DNA of 28,610 nucleotides, from positions 1 to 28,610 of the forward strand of contig JAHCIE010000003.1 of NCBI GenBank assembly GCA_026129385.1, in the 5' to 3' direction. This DNA comes from Anaerolineae bacterium (GTDB taxonomy: Bacteria; Chloroflexota; Anaerolineae; Epilineales; JAHCIE01). Positions 16,559 through 25,213 of this stretch are shown here, in pieces. The notes beneath the pieces were generated by a model that made no database searches, was not told the DNA's origin, and saw only the letters and a program-made list of their open reading frames with translations. The position numbers were made by a program, and so were the translations under genes. Positions within the stretch are counted from its first letter, which is position 1. Every line of letters starts with the position of its first letter.

Positions 16559-17829
16559 CTGTAGACGCTGCACTTCGCCCCATCGACTTCGCCCGGCCCG
16601 CCGTCGTCGCACCGTTGCTACCGCCGGTCACCCTATCGGTGGTGATCCCCGCGCTCAACGAGGAGGACGGCATTGCCGACATCGTCCACCGCATCCAGGC
16701 CGTTGCGCCGGCGTTGCGGGAGGTGGGGGTCGAGCATCTCGAAATCATTGTCGTGGACGACGGTTCCACCGACCGTACCGCTGAGATTGTGCAGAGTATG
16801 CCCGGCGCGCGCCTGGTCCGCCATCCGGTCAACCGGGGGTATGGTGCGGCCATCAAGACCGGCTTCCTCGCCGCGCATGGCGAGTTGCTCGCCTTCACCG
16901 ACGCCGACGGGACGTACCCACCCGAGCGTTTCCCCAGCCTGTGCCAGGCCGCGCTCGTCGATGGGGCGGACGTGGCCGTGGGGTCGCGCCGCTCTGGGGC
17001 CGAGAGTCACATGCCGATGGTGCGGCAGGTGGGCAACTTCATCTGGTCCAACCTGGTCAGCGTCATCGGCAACCAGCGCGTGGCTGACCCGGCCAGTGGC
17101 ATGCGCGTGGTGCGCCGCGACGCGCTGGCGCAGCTGTACCCACTGCCCGACGGCCTCAACTTTACCCCGGTGATGAGCACGCGCTCGGTCCACGAGGGCC
17201 TCAAGGTAGTCGAAATTCCCATCGCCTACAGCGAGCGGGTCGGCCGCTCCAAGCTCAGCGTCGTCCGTGACGGGACGCGCTTCCTCAAGACGATTCTCTG
17301 GACCTCACTGGAGTACAACCCGGCGCGCCTGCTGGGTATGGTGGGGCTGGCGTGTGTCGTCCTGGCCGCCATCCTGGCGGCGGGTCTCGTCGCCCTGCGT
17401 GCCCAGGGCGTGACGCAGCTGGGACCGTGGGGCGTGTTCTGCCTGTTCACGGCGATGGTGCTCAGCTTCGTCGGCGTCAGCACGTTCTCCCTCGGCGCGA
17501 CCTTCAACTATCTCGTCTCCCTCTTCCGCCTGGAGACGGTGCTGGTGGGCCTCTTCGGGCGACCCATCTTCAGCACGCCACTGGACCGCCACTTCTGGTG
17601 GATGGGACTGACGGCCGGCGGTCTGGGTATCGCCCTCGCCGTGGTCGCCCTGGTCATGGGCCTCCAGGGTGGGGATATCTCGCGCTCATGGTTTTGGATG
17701 CTGACCAGCGCCTTCCTGGCCCTGATCGGCCTGCAACTGTTCATCTCGTGGATTCTCATGCGCGTGCTAGAGGCGCTGAGCGAGCGCGAAGTCCGCATCA
17801 ACCAGGAAATGGCCCGCGTCACGCCGTAG
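16555..17829 (+). CDS. GT2 glycosyltransferase with four C-terminal TM helices (polyprenyl-phosphate sugar synthase type: GtrB/ArnC/DPM1-like)
   Basis: [32 protein letters not shown] and FTDADGTY form the GT-A catalytic core. The C-terminal ~170 aa contain four hydrophobic helices. The ATG overlaps the upstream stop (ATGA). Confidence 0.85.
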   Translation: MTVDAALRPIDFARPAVVAPLLPPVTLSVVIPALNEEDGIADIVHRIQAVAPALREVGVEHLEIIVVDDGSTDRTAEIVQSMPGARLVRHPVNRGYGAAIKTGFLAAHGELLAFTDADGTYPPERFPSLCQAALVDGADVAVGSRRSGAESHMPMVRQVGNFIWSNLVSVIGNQRVADPASGMRVVRRDALAQLYPLPDGLNFTPVMSTRSVHEGLKVVEIPIAYSERVGRSKLSVVRDGTRFLKTILWTSLEYNPARLLGMVGLACVVLAAILAAGLVALRAQGVTQLGPWGVFCLFTAMVLSFVGVSTFSLGATFNYLVSLFRLETVLVGLFGRPIFSTPLDRHFWWMGLTAGGLGIALAVVALVMGLQGGDISRSWFWMLTSAFLALIGLQLFISWILMRVLEALSEREVRINQEMARVTP

Positions 17830-17868
17830 ACATCGGTTAGCGTTGCGATAGACGATCGAGGAGGGGGC

Positions 17869-19545
17869 ATGGCAGTTATCCAGAATGGCATCCAGCCCGA
17901 GGACATCAAGACTCGGGACGAGCTACGTCACAACCTGGGCACGCGCGCTGTCAAAGCGCCGCGCCCGCCTGAGTTCCCCGACGCGGGCGCGGCGGTCCGC
18001 GACCTGACGCACGTGCGGCCCCCGACGGCCGTCGATGTGCTGCTCGTCAATCCCCCATCTCCCGATGGCGGCATCTGGATTCGCACCCAACACCGCGTGG
18101 GGCGACGCAGCCGCGAGGAGATGATCTGGCCCCAGTGCTCCCTGGCCCAGCACGCCGCCATGCTCCACCCCGAGTATACAGTCGCCATCGTGGACTGTAT
18201 CGCCGAGGGGATGGGTTGGTCACAGTTCGAGGCGCTGCTGCGCGAGAAGGCCCCCAAGTATTACTTTACCCAGGTCACCGCGCCGACGCTCACCAACGAC
18301 ATGTACGGCGTCATGCTGGCCAAGAGCCTGGGCGCGATCACCATGGCCTTTGGCACGCATGTCACTGCCATGCCCACCGAGACGATGCGCGACTTCCCGG
18401 CGCTCGACTTCGTGATTCGCGGCGAGCCGGAGCTGACCTTCCGCGAGCTAATTGACGTTCTCGAGGGCCGCGAGACCGACCGCGCCGAGTGGGTTCAGGC
18501 GATTCTAGAGAAGTCCGATCCGTGGTGGAAGCCCGTCGGCCATCACGGCCCGCAGAACGGAACCCCCATCGACCTGACGAACCTCAAGGGGCTGGTCTGG
18601 CGCAAGAATGGCGACATTACGATGAACGCTACGCGCCCCTGGATCGCCAACCTGGACGATCTACCCATCCCCCTCTACCACCTGCTGCCGCTGGACAAGT
18701 ACCGCATGCCCTTGATGAAGGGGCCGTTCGTGTTCATGGTCACCAGCCGTGGCTGTACGGCGGGCTGCAAGTACTGCATCAAGCACGTCACCTACCAGTG
18801 GTCGGTGCGGCTGCACTCGCCGGAACGGATTATCCAGGAGATGTGGCTGCTGCACGACCTGGGCATCCACAACATCCACATGTACGCCGACCTCTTCACC
18901 ATCAACCGCGAGCAGGTGGTCCAGCTGTGCCAGCTGATCATCAAGGAGGGCTTGAAGGTCAAGTGGACCTGCAACAGCCGCGTCGACTACGTGGACGAAG
19001 AGATGCTCAAGCTCATGGGCCGCGCGGGCTGCTGGATGATCTCGTGGGGCATCGAGAGCGGCAATGAGGCCATCCTCAAGCGCGCTGCCAAGGGCGCGGA
19101 CCCCAAGAAGGCCAAGCAAGCCCTGACCTGGGCGCGGCAGGCCGGCATCAAGAACTGGGGCTACTTCATCATCGGCCTACCCGGTGAGACGGTCGAGACG
19201 ATCCGCGAGACGATCGACTTTTCCAAGAGCCTGCCCCTGGAGTTGGCCCTGTTCCATATTGCCGCCCCCTACCCCGGTACGCCCTTCTTCTTCGAGGTGG
19301 TCGAGAACGGCTGGTTCAAGCCCGGCACGAAGTGGGAAGAAGTCGACATGGACAAAGGCACCGTCCTCCAATACGACAATCTCTCCGCCGAAGACCTCAT
19401 GTACTGGCAGAAGCAGGCCTTCAAGGAATGGGCCTTGCGGCCCGGCCCAGCCAAGACCTACGCCAAGATGCTGGTAAGCGATAGCGCCACCTTCAAGCGC
19501 GCCGTTCGTGTCGGTATGGAGCACCTCCAGTGGGCGCTCCGGTAG
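17869..19545 (+). CDS. B12-binding (class B) radical SAM enzyme
   Basis: The N-terminal Rossmann-like cobalamin domain runs VDVLLVNPP...VAIVDCIAEG...AITMAFGTHVTAMP...DFVIRGEPE. It is followed by the radical SAM cluster motif SRGCTAGCKYC (CxxxCxxC). GAGGAGGGGG lies upstream of the ATG. Confidence 0.9.
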   Translation: MAVIQNGIQPEDIKTRDELRHNLGTRAVKAPRPPEFPDAGAAVRDLTHVRPPTAVDVLLVNPPSPDGGIWIRTQHRVGRRSREEMIWPQCSLAQHAAMLHPEYTVAIVDCIAEGMGWSQFEALLREKAPKYYFTQVTAPTLTNDMYGVMLAKSLGAITMAFGTHVTAMPTETMRDFPALDFVIRGEPELTFRELIDVLEGRETDRAEWVQAILEKSDPWWKPVGHHGPQNGTPIDLTNLKGLVWRKNGDITMNATRPWIANLDDLPIPLYHLLPLDKYRMPLMKGPFVFMVTSRGCTAGCKYCIKHVTYQWSVRLHSPERIIQEMWLLHDLGIHNIHMYADLFTINREQVVQLCQLIIKEGLKVKWTCNSRVDYVDEEMLKLMGRAGCWMISWGIESGNEAILKRAAKGADPKKAKQALTWARQAGIKNWGYFIIGLPGETVETIRETIDFSKSLPLELALFHIAAPYPGTPFFFEVVENGWFKPGTKWEEVDMDKGTVLQYDNLSAEDLMYWQKQAFKEWALRPGPAKTYAKMLVSDSATFKRAVRVGMEHLQWALR

Positions 19546-19562
19546 TGTTCGGGTTGGCTTGA

Positions 19563-19576
19563 CCCCGGGGGGGGGG
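19563..19576 (+). repeat. C4-G10 homopolymer tract in the 38-nt spacer, ending 7 nt before the next start codon
   Basis: ccccgggggggggg; the G run is 19567-19576, followed by ttcgtgg and then ATG at 19584. Confidence 0.95.
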
Positions 19577-19583
19577 TTCGTGG

Positions 19584-21192
19584 ATGACCGATTATACGCC
19601 CGACGCACGCGAGAAGGCGCTCGCGTTGCCGTCGTTGCTGCCGCCGCAGCTCCTTGTCCGCGAGCTGGCCTGCTTCGCCGTCGCGTTTGTCGGCGCTCTT
19701 CTCCTCTATGTGCCGTTCCTATCGATTCAGTTCGATATCAATAGCATCATCGAGGCCCAGGCGGTGGAGCGCGGCGGAACGTTCCTGTTCTCCCCTAATC
19801 GGCTGCTGTATCGAGCCATAGGGGCGCTGGGGTATGAACTCGCGCTACAGAGTTCCGGCCCATCGTTGCCGTTGTTGCAGTTTTTGAGCGCGTTCCTATC
19901 GACTGTCGCCATCGCAGTATTCTGCGTCGTGACCTTTCGGCTCACGAGAAGCATGACCGTGGCGTTCTGGGCCTCGGCCCTGCTGGCGACCTCGTGGTCG
20001 TTCTGGGCCTACAGCACCGACGCCTACTATATCACCCCGGCCGCGCTGGCCATCTTCTGCGCCCTGGCGCTGCTCATTCCAGCGACGACCAGCCTGCGAG
20101 CGGCCATTGGCGCGGGTGTGTTCGTGTGGGCGGGCATCCTGCTGTGGCAAGCCAACATCTTCGCTATTCCCTTGTGTCTCGGCCTCATTCTTCTACGCGC
20201 CGCGCCATGCCCGGCATTATGGCAGACGAACGCTCTGGCCTTCCTGGTGGTCGTCGGCGGCCTCACGGCGGCCAGCTACCTCACAGCGGCCATCGCTGTC
20301 CACGGCCTCGCTGACGGGCCAGCGTTGCTCGACTGGCTGCTATCCCACGGTAGCGACCAATTCGGTCGGCCCTCGATCTGGGGCGTCTGGTCCCTCGACC
20401 GTGTCCCGGCCGCCTTCCTGGCGGCCATCTCTAGCTGGATACCCGTGTGGGATGGCCTGGGCCTGCGGAAGTTAGCCCAGGGGCAGATACAACTTCACAA
20501 GGTCATCCCCCAACTCTCACCTTCGTCGCGCTGGGCATGTTGCTGGCGCTCCTGGGCCACGAGCTTACCCGTTGGAAATCCGCGCGCCCCGAATCGAAGC
20601 GGTTGGGGTGGCTACTCCTCGCCGGCTATCTCGCCTATCTGCCCTTCGTTGTGTGGTGGGACCCGGCCCCCAAGTGGTTCGTCATCCCCAACGCCTTCCT
20701 GGTATTGGGCGCGGCCCTCCTGCTATCCAGGTATCTTCATCGTAGAAATCCAGGCCCGCGTTCCTGCATCGCCGGCTCGGTCGCCATCATCGCGGCAGCC
20801 AATCTCAGCTCCTCCGTGTATCCGCGTCACACCACCCCGCCGCCGAGATTCCCATTGCCGAGTGCTTTGTGCAGGCCACCACGCCACGGGATACGCTGGT
20901 CCCCCTCGACTGGGTCTGGACGGAGTACGCCACGTATCTATTTGGCTATCGCGGCGCGGTCCTCGGACTCCCGCCGAATCTATCGGCCGTAGGCCCCATC
21001 CGCGCCGCGATCGAGAGCGCCGAGAGATCGGGCGGCAACGTGTACGTTGTGGACAAGCGCGACGCTCCACCCGACGTCCAGCAGCGCATCCGTGACACTG
21101 GCTACGCGCTCGATGCCGTCCTGGCGTTTGAGCACCAGCCTGCCTTCTCGTGTGGCGACGTGCGCTTTTCGAGATTGCAGATAGCTCCTTAG
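19584..21192 (+). pseudogene. Polytopic membrane protein (possible GT-C-type transferase or polymerase) with a soluble C-terminal domain, interrupted by two 1-nt frame shifts in poly-C runs
   Basis: Three consecutive track ORFs (19584.., 20447.., 20869..21192) each contain a protein-like stretch that turns into Arg/Pro/Ser junk past a junction. The frame order is 0, 2, 1. The junctions map to C5 (20507-20511) and C4 (20835-20838). Adding one C at each gives a continuous 536-codon ORF (...LHKVIPPTLTFVALGML... and ...VYPRHTTPAAEIPIAECFVQ...). This could be an assembly artefact. Confidence 0.6.
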
Positions 21193-21234
21193 CGCCGCCC
21201 GCGCCTGGCCCTGAAATACCTTGACGCACCCCCT

Positions 21235-21283
21235 AGCGCGCCGTTCGTGTCGGCCTGGAGACCTCCAGCAGGCGCTCCAGTAA
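21235..21283 (+). repeat. Decayed copy of the 3' end of the radical SAM gene (relic gene fragment)
   Basis: By hand alignment, 21235-21283 matches 19496-19545 at 43 of 50 aligned columns, with a 19-nt identical run (agcgcgccgttcgtgtcgg) and one 1-nt gap. It would encode RAVRVGLE/LQQALQ* versus RAVRVGMEHLQWALR*, with the stop codon at the same position. Confidence 0.7.
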
Positions 21284-21299
21284 GGCCCGGGCGGGGAGA

Positions 21300-21369
21300 G
21301 CGGGACAGATGCGCGTGACCCCATTCGTCCCCCCCGGTGGGTTCACATCCCCCTGGACGTCTGTCCCGC
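21300..21369 (+). other. 70-nt extended stem-loop in the 300-nt gap before the second GT2
   Basis: The outer arms are a perfect 10-bp inverted repeat: gcgggacaga (21300-09) and tctgtcccgc (21360-69). Inner gtgacccc / gggttcac can pair with one mismatch. The element contains a C7 run (21329-35). Confidence 0.35.
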
Positions 21370-21491
21370 ACCTCTCTCCACAGCCCTGGCCTGACTTGAC
21401 TTCGCTGCTGGCTCCCGGTCGGTTGCACGTTACCGGATAACTGACCCACAAGCGTCCTCAGCCCTGAATAGAGACTCTGGAGTTATGCCGC

Positions 21492-22265
21492 ATGGACATC
21501 TCAATCATCGTTCCCTGCTACAACGAGGCCGAGAATACTGACAAGCTGCGACGCGAACTGTTCCCGATCCTGGCGGAACTGGCGCGGGAGAGCAAGGTCG
21601 AATTGCTGCTGGTGGATGATGGCAGCACGGACCGCACCCTGGAAGCCCTGGCGTCCCTTCTCGACACGCCGGAGTTGGGGGGAGTGGAAGCGCGGATTCT
21701 GCAGCACGGCACAAACCGTGGGCTGGGCGCCGCGCTCCGCACGGGGTTCGGCGCGGCGCGTGGTAATGTCATCGTCACGACGGACAGCGATGGGACGTAT
21801 CGCTTCACCGAGATACCAACCCTGCTACGCTACATCGATGCGGGGGCCGACATCGTCACGGCGTCGCCCTATCACCCGCAAGGGGGCGTGGAGGGTGTGC
21901 CTGCCTACCGCCTCGTCCTTAGCCGTGGTTCGTCGCTCCTGTACCGTCTCACCGTTGACCCGCGGATTCACACCTACACCGCTCTCTTCCGCGCCTACCG
22001 CCGCCGCGTCATCGATACCATCCCCTTCGAGTCGGATGGGTTCCTGGCCGGCACGGAACTACTCGTCAAGGCTTCGCTGGCTGGCTACCGTGTCGTGGAG
22101 TGTCCCGCCGTACTCCACGTACGGCAATATGGCGCGTCAAAGGCCAAGATCGCGCGTACCATTCGCGCCCACCTCGGCTTCCAAAGCCAGATCGTGTTGG
22201 GTCGCCTGAATGTGCCCTCGGCCGCCGACGTTCGACCGTCGCTTGGAGGTGAGAAATGGGCGTAG
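21492..22265 (+). CDS. GT2 glycosyltransferase, soluble DPM1/polyprenyl-phosphate sugar synthase-like
   Basis: [36 protein letters not shown] and TTDSDGTY. The protein is 257 aa with no TM segment. Confidence 0.85.
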   Translation: MDISIIVPCYNEAENTDKLRRELFPILAELARESKVELLLVDDGSTDRTLEALASLLDTPELGGVEARILQHGTNRGLGAALRTGFGAARGNVIVTTDSDGTYRFTEIPTLLRYIDAGADIVTASPYHPQGGVEGVPAYRLVLSRGSSLLYRLTVDPRIHTYTALFRAYRRRVIDTIPFESDGFLAGTELLVKASLAGYRVVECPAVLHVRQYGASKAKIARTIRAHLGFQSQIVLGRLNVPSAADVRPSLGGEKWA

Positions 22266-22297
22266 TTGACAACGCGCTGACGCGCGGGAGGTCCCGT

Positions 22298-22666
22298 ATG
22301 TCGATTGCAATCGCGTATATCCTGGTCGCCGTCGTAGCGAGCGCGGTCGGTCAGATTCTGCTCAAGAAGGGGATGGTCAGTCTGGGCGCGGTCACGCTGT
22401 CCGTGGGCGACCTACCCGGCACCATCTGGCGGATTGGCACCAACCCCTATGTCTTCATCGGGTTACTGGTGTATGTGACCGGCACCCTGTTCTGGCTCTC
22501 CGCCCTGTCCCGCGTCGACCTTAGCTACGCCTACCCCTTCGCCAGTCTCAGCTACATCGTCATGCTGGCGGCGGGCTGGCAGATCTTCAACGAAGACATT
22601 AGCCCGATGCGCCTGATGGGGACGTTCGTGGTGGGTCTGGGCGTGCTCCTTATCGCCAGAAGCTAG
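22298..22666 (+). CDS. Small 4-TM EamA/SMR-like protein, ArnE/ArnF-type polyprenyl-phosphate-sugar flippase candidate
   Basis: VGQILLKKGM ... VDLSYAYPFASLSYIVMLAAGWQIFNEDIS ... GTFVVGLGVLLI resembles ArnE/ArnF. The start is set at ATG 22298 after GGGAGG; the track start at 22256 overlaps the upstream gene. Confidence 0.7.
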   Translation: MSIAIAYILVAVVASAVGQILLKKGMVSLGAVTLSVGDLPGTIWRIGTNPYVFIGLLVYVTGTLFWLSALSRVDLSYAYPFASLSYIVMLAAGWQIFNEDISPMRLMGTFVVGLGVLLIARS

Positions 22667-22693
22667 CTTGTACCTACGAGGGACGGGGGAAAG

Positions 22694-23830
22694 ATGAAGA
22701 TTCTATCTATCGTCGGGGCGCGGCCCGAGTTTATCCAGGCGGCGCCGGTGAGTCTGGCTCTACGCGGTGAGCACCGCGAGATTCTGGTCCACACCGGCCA
22801 GCACTACGACTACCTGATGTCGCAGACCTTCTTCGATGAGTTGGGCATTCCTGCGCCTGACTACAACCTTGAAGTGGGGTCCGGCTCCCATGCCGGGCAG
22901 ACGGCGCAGATGATGACGCGGTTGGAACCCATCGTGCGCGACGAGCAGCCCGATCTGGTCATCGTGCGCGGCGATACCAACTCGACCCTGGCCGGCGCGC
23001 TGGTCGCCGCCAAGCTCGGCATCCCCACCGCCCATATCGAGGCGGGCGAACGCAGTTTCGACCGCTCGATGCCCGAAGAAATCAACCGCCTCCTCACCGA
23101 TTCTGTGTCCAGCCTGCTCTTTTGCGCCAGCCAGACAGCGGCGTGGCGGCTCGTGGCTGGTGGCGCGACGGATGTACACTGGGTCGGGGACGTCATGCTG
23201 GACGCCTGCCGGCGCTATCTGCCTATCGCGCGCCGCAGTTCGTCCATCCTGGCGCGCGTGGGCCTCCTCGACAGCGAATACAGCCTGGTGACGATTCACC
23301 GCGCCGCCAACACCGACTCGCCCGATCGCCTTTCTCAGATCGTGCAGGCCCTGAATAGCTGCGGCGAGACGGTGGTCTTCCCTGTCCATCCTCGCACCCG
23401 CCACGCCCTCGACAGCCTCCCCGCCCGCTTCGGGCCTCACGTGCGGCTCATCGAGCCAGTCGGTTACCTGGACATGATGATGCTGGAAGCCCACGCGCGG
23501 CTCATCGCCACCGACTCGGGCGGCGTACAGCGCGAGGCTTACTTCCTCGCGACGCCGTGCCTGACGCTCCGCGACGAGACAGAGTGGACCGAGACTGTCA
23601 CAAGCGGTTGGAACCGGCTGGTCGGTGTCGACCCCGACGGGATTCTTGCCGCGTGGCGATCGTTTGTCCCACCAACGGAGTATCCGCCCATCTTCGGCGA
23701 CGGCACGGCGGGGGCGCGCATCGCCGCTGTGCTCAGCGCGTGGACGCCCTCCCATCGCGTCACCGCCGACGCCATCGAGACCAACGGCCACGGCACGCTG
23801 CCCCTTGTGCGAGGCGACGTATGGAAGTAG
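22694..23830 (+). CDS. wecB: UDP-N-acetylglucosamine 2-epimerase (non-hydrolysing type)
   Basis: MKILSIVGARPEFIQAAPV, HTGQHYD, PDLVIVRGDTNSTLAGALVAAKLGIPTAHIEAGERSFDRSMPEEINR. Confidence 0.9.
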   Translation: MKILSIVGARPEFIQAAPVSLALRGEHREILVHTGQHYDYLMSQTFFDELGIPAPDYNLEVGSGSHAGQTAQMMTRLEPIVRDEQPDLVIVRGDTNSTLAGALVAAKLGIPTAHIEAGERSFDRSMPEEINRLLTDSVSSLLFCASQTAAWRLVAGGATDVHWVGDVMLDACRRYLPIARRSSSILARVGLLDSEYSLVTIHRAANTDSPDRLSQIVQALNSCGETVVFPVHPRTRHALDSLPARFGPHVRLIEPVGYLDMMMLEAHARLIATDSGGVQREAYFLATPCLTLRDETEWTETVTSGWNRLVGVDPDGILAAWRSFVPPTEYPPIFGDGTAGARIAAVLSAWTPSHRVTADAIETNGHGTLPLVRGDVWK

Positions 23831-25203
23831 CTATCATCGGCGGCGGCATCATGGGCGTGACGCTGGGCTACTACCTGGCGCAGCGCGGCGTGAGCGTCGA
23901 CATCTACGAGGCATCGCCCGTCGCGGGCGGCCTGGCCGGTCCCATGACCCTGCCCGACGGGACGGCCATTGACCGCTTCTATCACGCCATCCTGTCCAGC
24001 GACAGCCACCTGACCCGGTTGTGCGCCGAGCTTGGCATCGCCGACCAGTTGCGCTTTCGCGAGACGCGCATGGGCTTCTACCGCCAGGGCGCGATCTACT
24101 CGATGAACAATGTTGCCGAGTTCCTGCGCTTTCCGCTTCTCAACCCGCTGGACCGCATGCGCCTCGGCTTCACCGTCCTGGCCGCGCAGCTGGTCCGCGA
24201 CTGGCATCAGTTGGAGGGCGTCAGCGTCGAAGACTGGCTCGTGCGCCTCAGCGGCCGCCGCGCCTTCGACACCGTATGGCGGCCCATGCTCATGGCGAAG
24301 TTCGACGGCGGCTTCGAGGACACCCCGGCGACTTACATCTGGTCGCGGCTGGTCCGCATGAAGTCCACCCGTGAGGGCGCCAACCAGAAGGAGATGGCGG
24401 GCCACCTCATCGGCGGCTACATCACCCTCATCAACGCCCTGGTCGAGCGCATCCAGGCGGCGGGCGGCCGCCTGCACCTCAGCACGCCGGTGCGCGAGGT
24501 GGTCATCGAGAACGGGCGGGCGGTGGGCGTGCGACTGGCCGACGGCGTGCGCCGCTTCGACGCCCTGGCCGTCACGATGCAGGCCCCCATCTTCCAGCGC
24601 CTGATCCCTGGCGCAGCCGAAGACTATCGCGCCTTCCTGGGCCAGACCGAGTACCTGGGCATTGTGTGTCCCGTCGTCGTCCTCGACCGGCCTCTGACGG
24701 GCTATTGGACCCTCAACATCACCGATGAGAGTGTTCCCTTCACCGGCGTGATCGAGACGACCGCCTACATCGACCCCCAATACGTCGGCGGCCACCACCT
24801 GGTCTACCTGCCCAAGTACACCGCCCCCGGTAGCCCGTGGCAGCAGAAGACCGACGCCGAGATTCAGGAACTATGGCTGGCGAGCCTGGAGCGCATGTTC
24901 CCGCGTTTCGCCCGCGACCAGGTGCGCTACTTCCTCGTCCATCGCGAACGCTACGTCGAGCCGCTCCACCGGCTCAACGGCACGGACGCCATTCCCGGCG
25001 TCCAGACGCCCATCGCTGGCCTGACCCTGTGCACCACCGCCCAGATCTACCCGGCCCTCACCAACGGCGAATCCGTTACCCGCCACGCTGAGAGCGCCGC
25101 CGAGCTGCTGCTGAACGGCCTCCTGGCGCGCCGCTCGGTCGCCGACGATGTCGCCATGGCGACGCCGGTTGCGCCCCTGGACAGCGTCGCGGTCACGCGG
25201 TAG
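23821..25203 (+). CDS. FAD-dependent oxidoreductase of the amine-oxidase/protoporphyrinogen-oxidase/phytoene-desaturase superfamily
   Basis: The dinucleotide-binding N-terminus is MEVAIIGGGIMGVTLGYYLAQRGVSVDIYEASPVAGGLAG. The ATG at 23821 overlaps the wecB 3' end by 10 nt. The upstream 88 codons of the track ORF are Arg-rich junk inside wecB. Confidence 0.8.
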   Translation: MEVAIIGGGIMGVTLGYYLAQRGVSVDIYEASPVAGGLAGPMTLPDGTAIDRFYHAILSSDSHLTRLCAELGIADQLRFRETRMGFYRQGAIYSMNNVAEFLRFPLLNPLDRMRLGFTVLAAQLVRDWHQLEGVSVEDWLVRLSGRRAFDTVWRPMLMAKFDGGFEDTPATYIWSRLVRMKSTREGANQKEMAGHLIGGYITLINALVERIQAAGGRLHLSTPVREVVIENGRAVGVRLADGVRRFDALAVTMQAPIFQRLIPGAAEDYRAFLGQTEYLGIVCPVVVLDRPLTGYWTLNITDESVPFTGVIETTAYIDPQYVGGHHLVYLPKYTAPGSPWQQKTDAEIQELWLASLERMFPRFARDQVRYFLVHRERYVEPLHRLNGTDAIPGVQTPIAGLTLCTTAQIYPALTNGESVTRHAESAAELLLNGLLARRSVADDVAMATPVAPLDSVAVTR

Positions 25204-25213
25204 GTGCGCCTCG

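Noticed and set aside
8822-19545. Treating the Cys-rich small ORF and the radical SAM gene as one RiPP cluster.
   Set aside because: They are about 9 kb apart and separated by a large regulator, a promoter and leader, and sugar-pathway genes. The rSAM has a B12 domain and no SPASM-like C-terminal Cys clusters that I can see. It is translationally packed with glycosyltransferases.
23557-23820. N-terminal 88 codons of track ORF 23557..25203.
   Set aside because: They lie inside wecB in another frame and are Arg-rich junk. The Rossmann GxGxxG motif starts right after ATG 23821.
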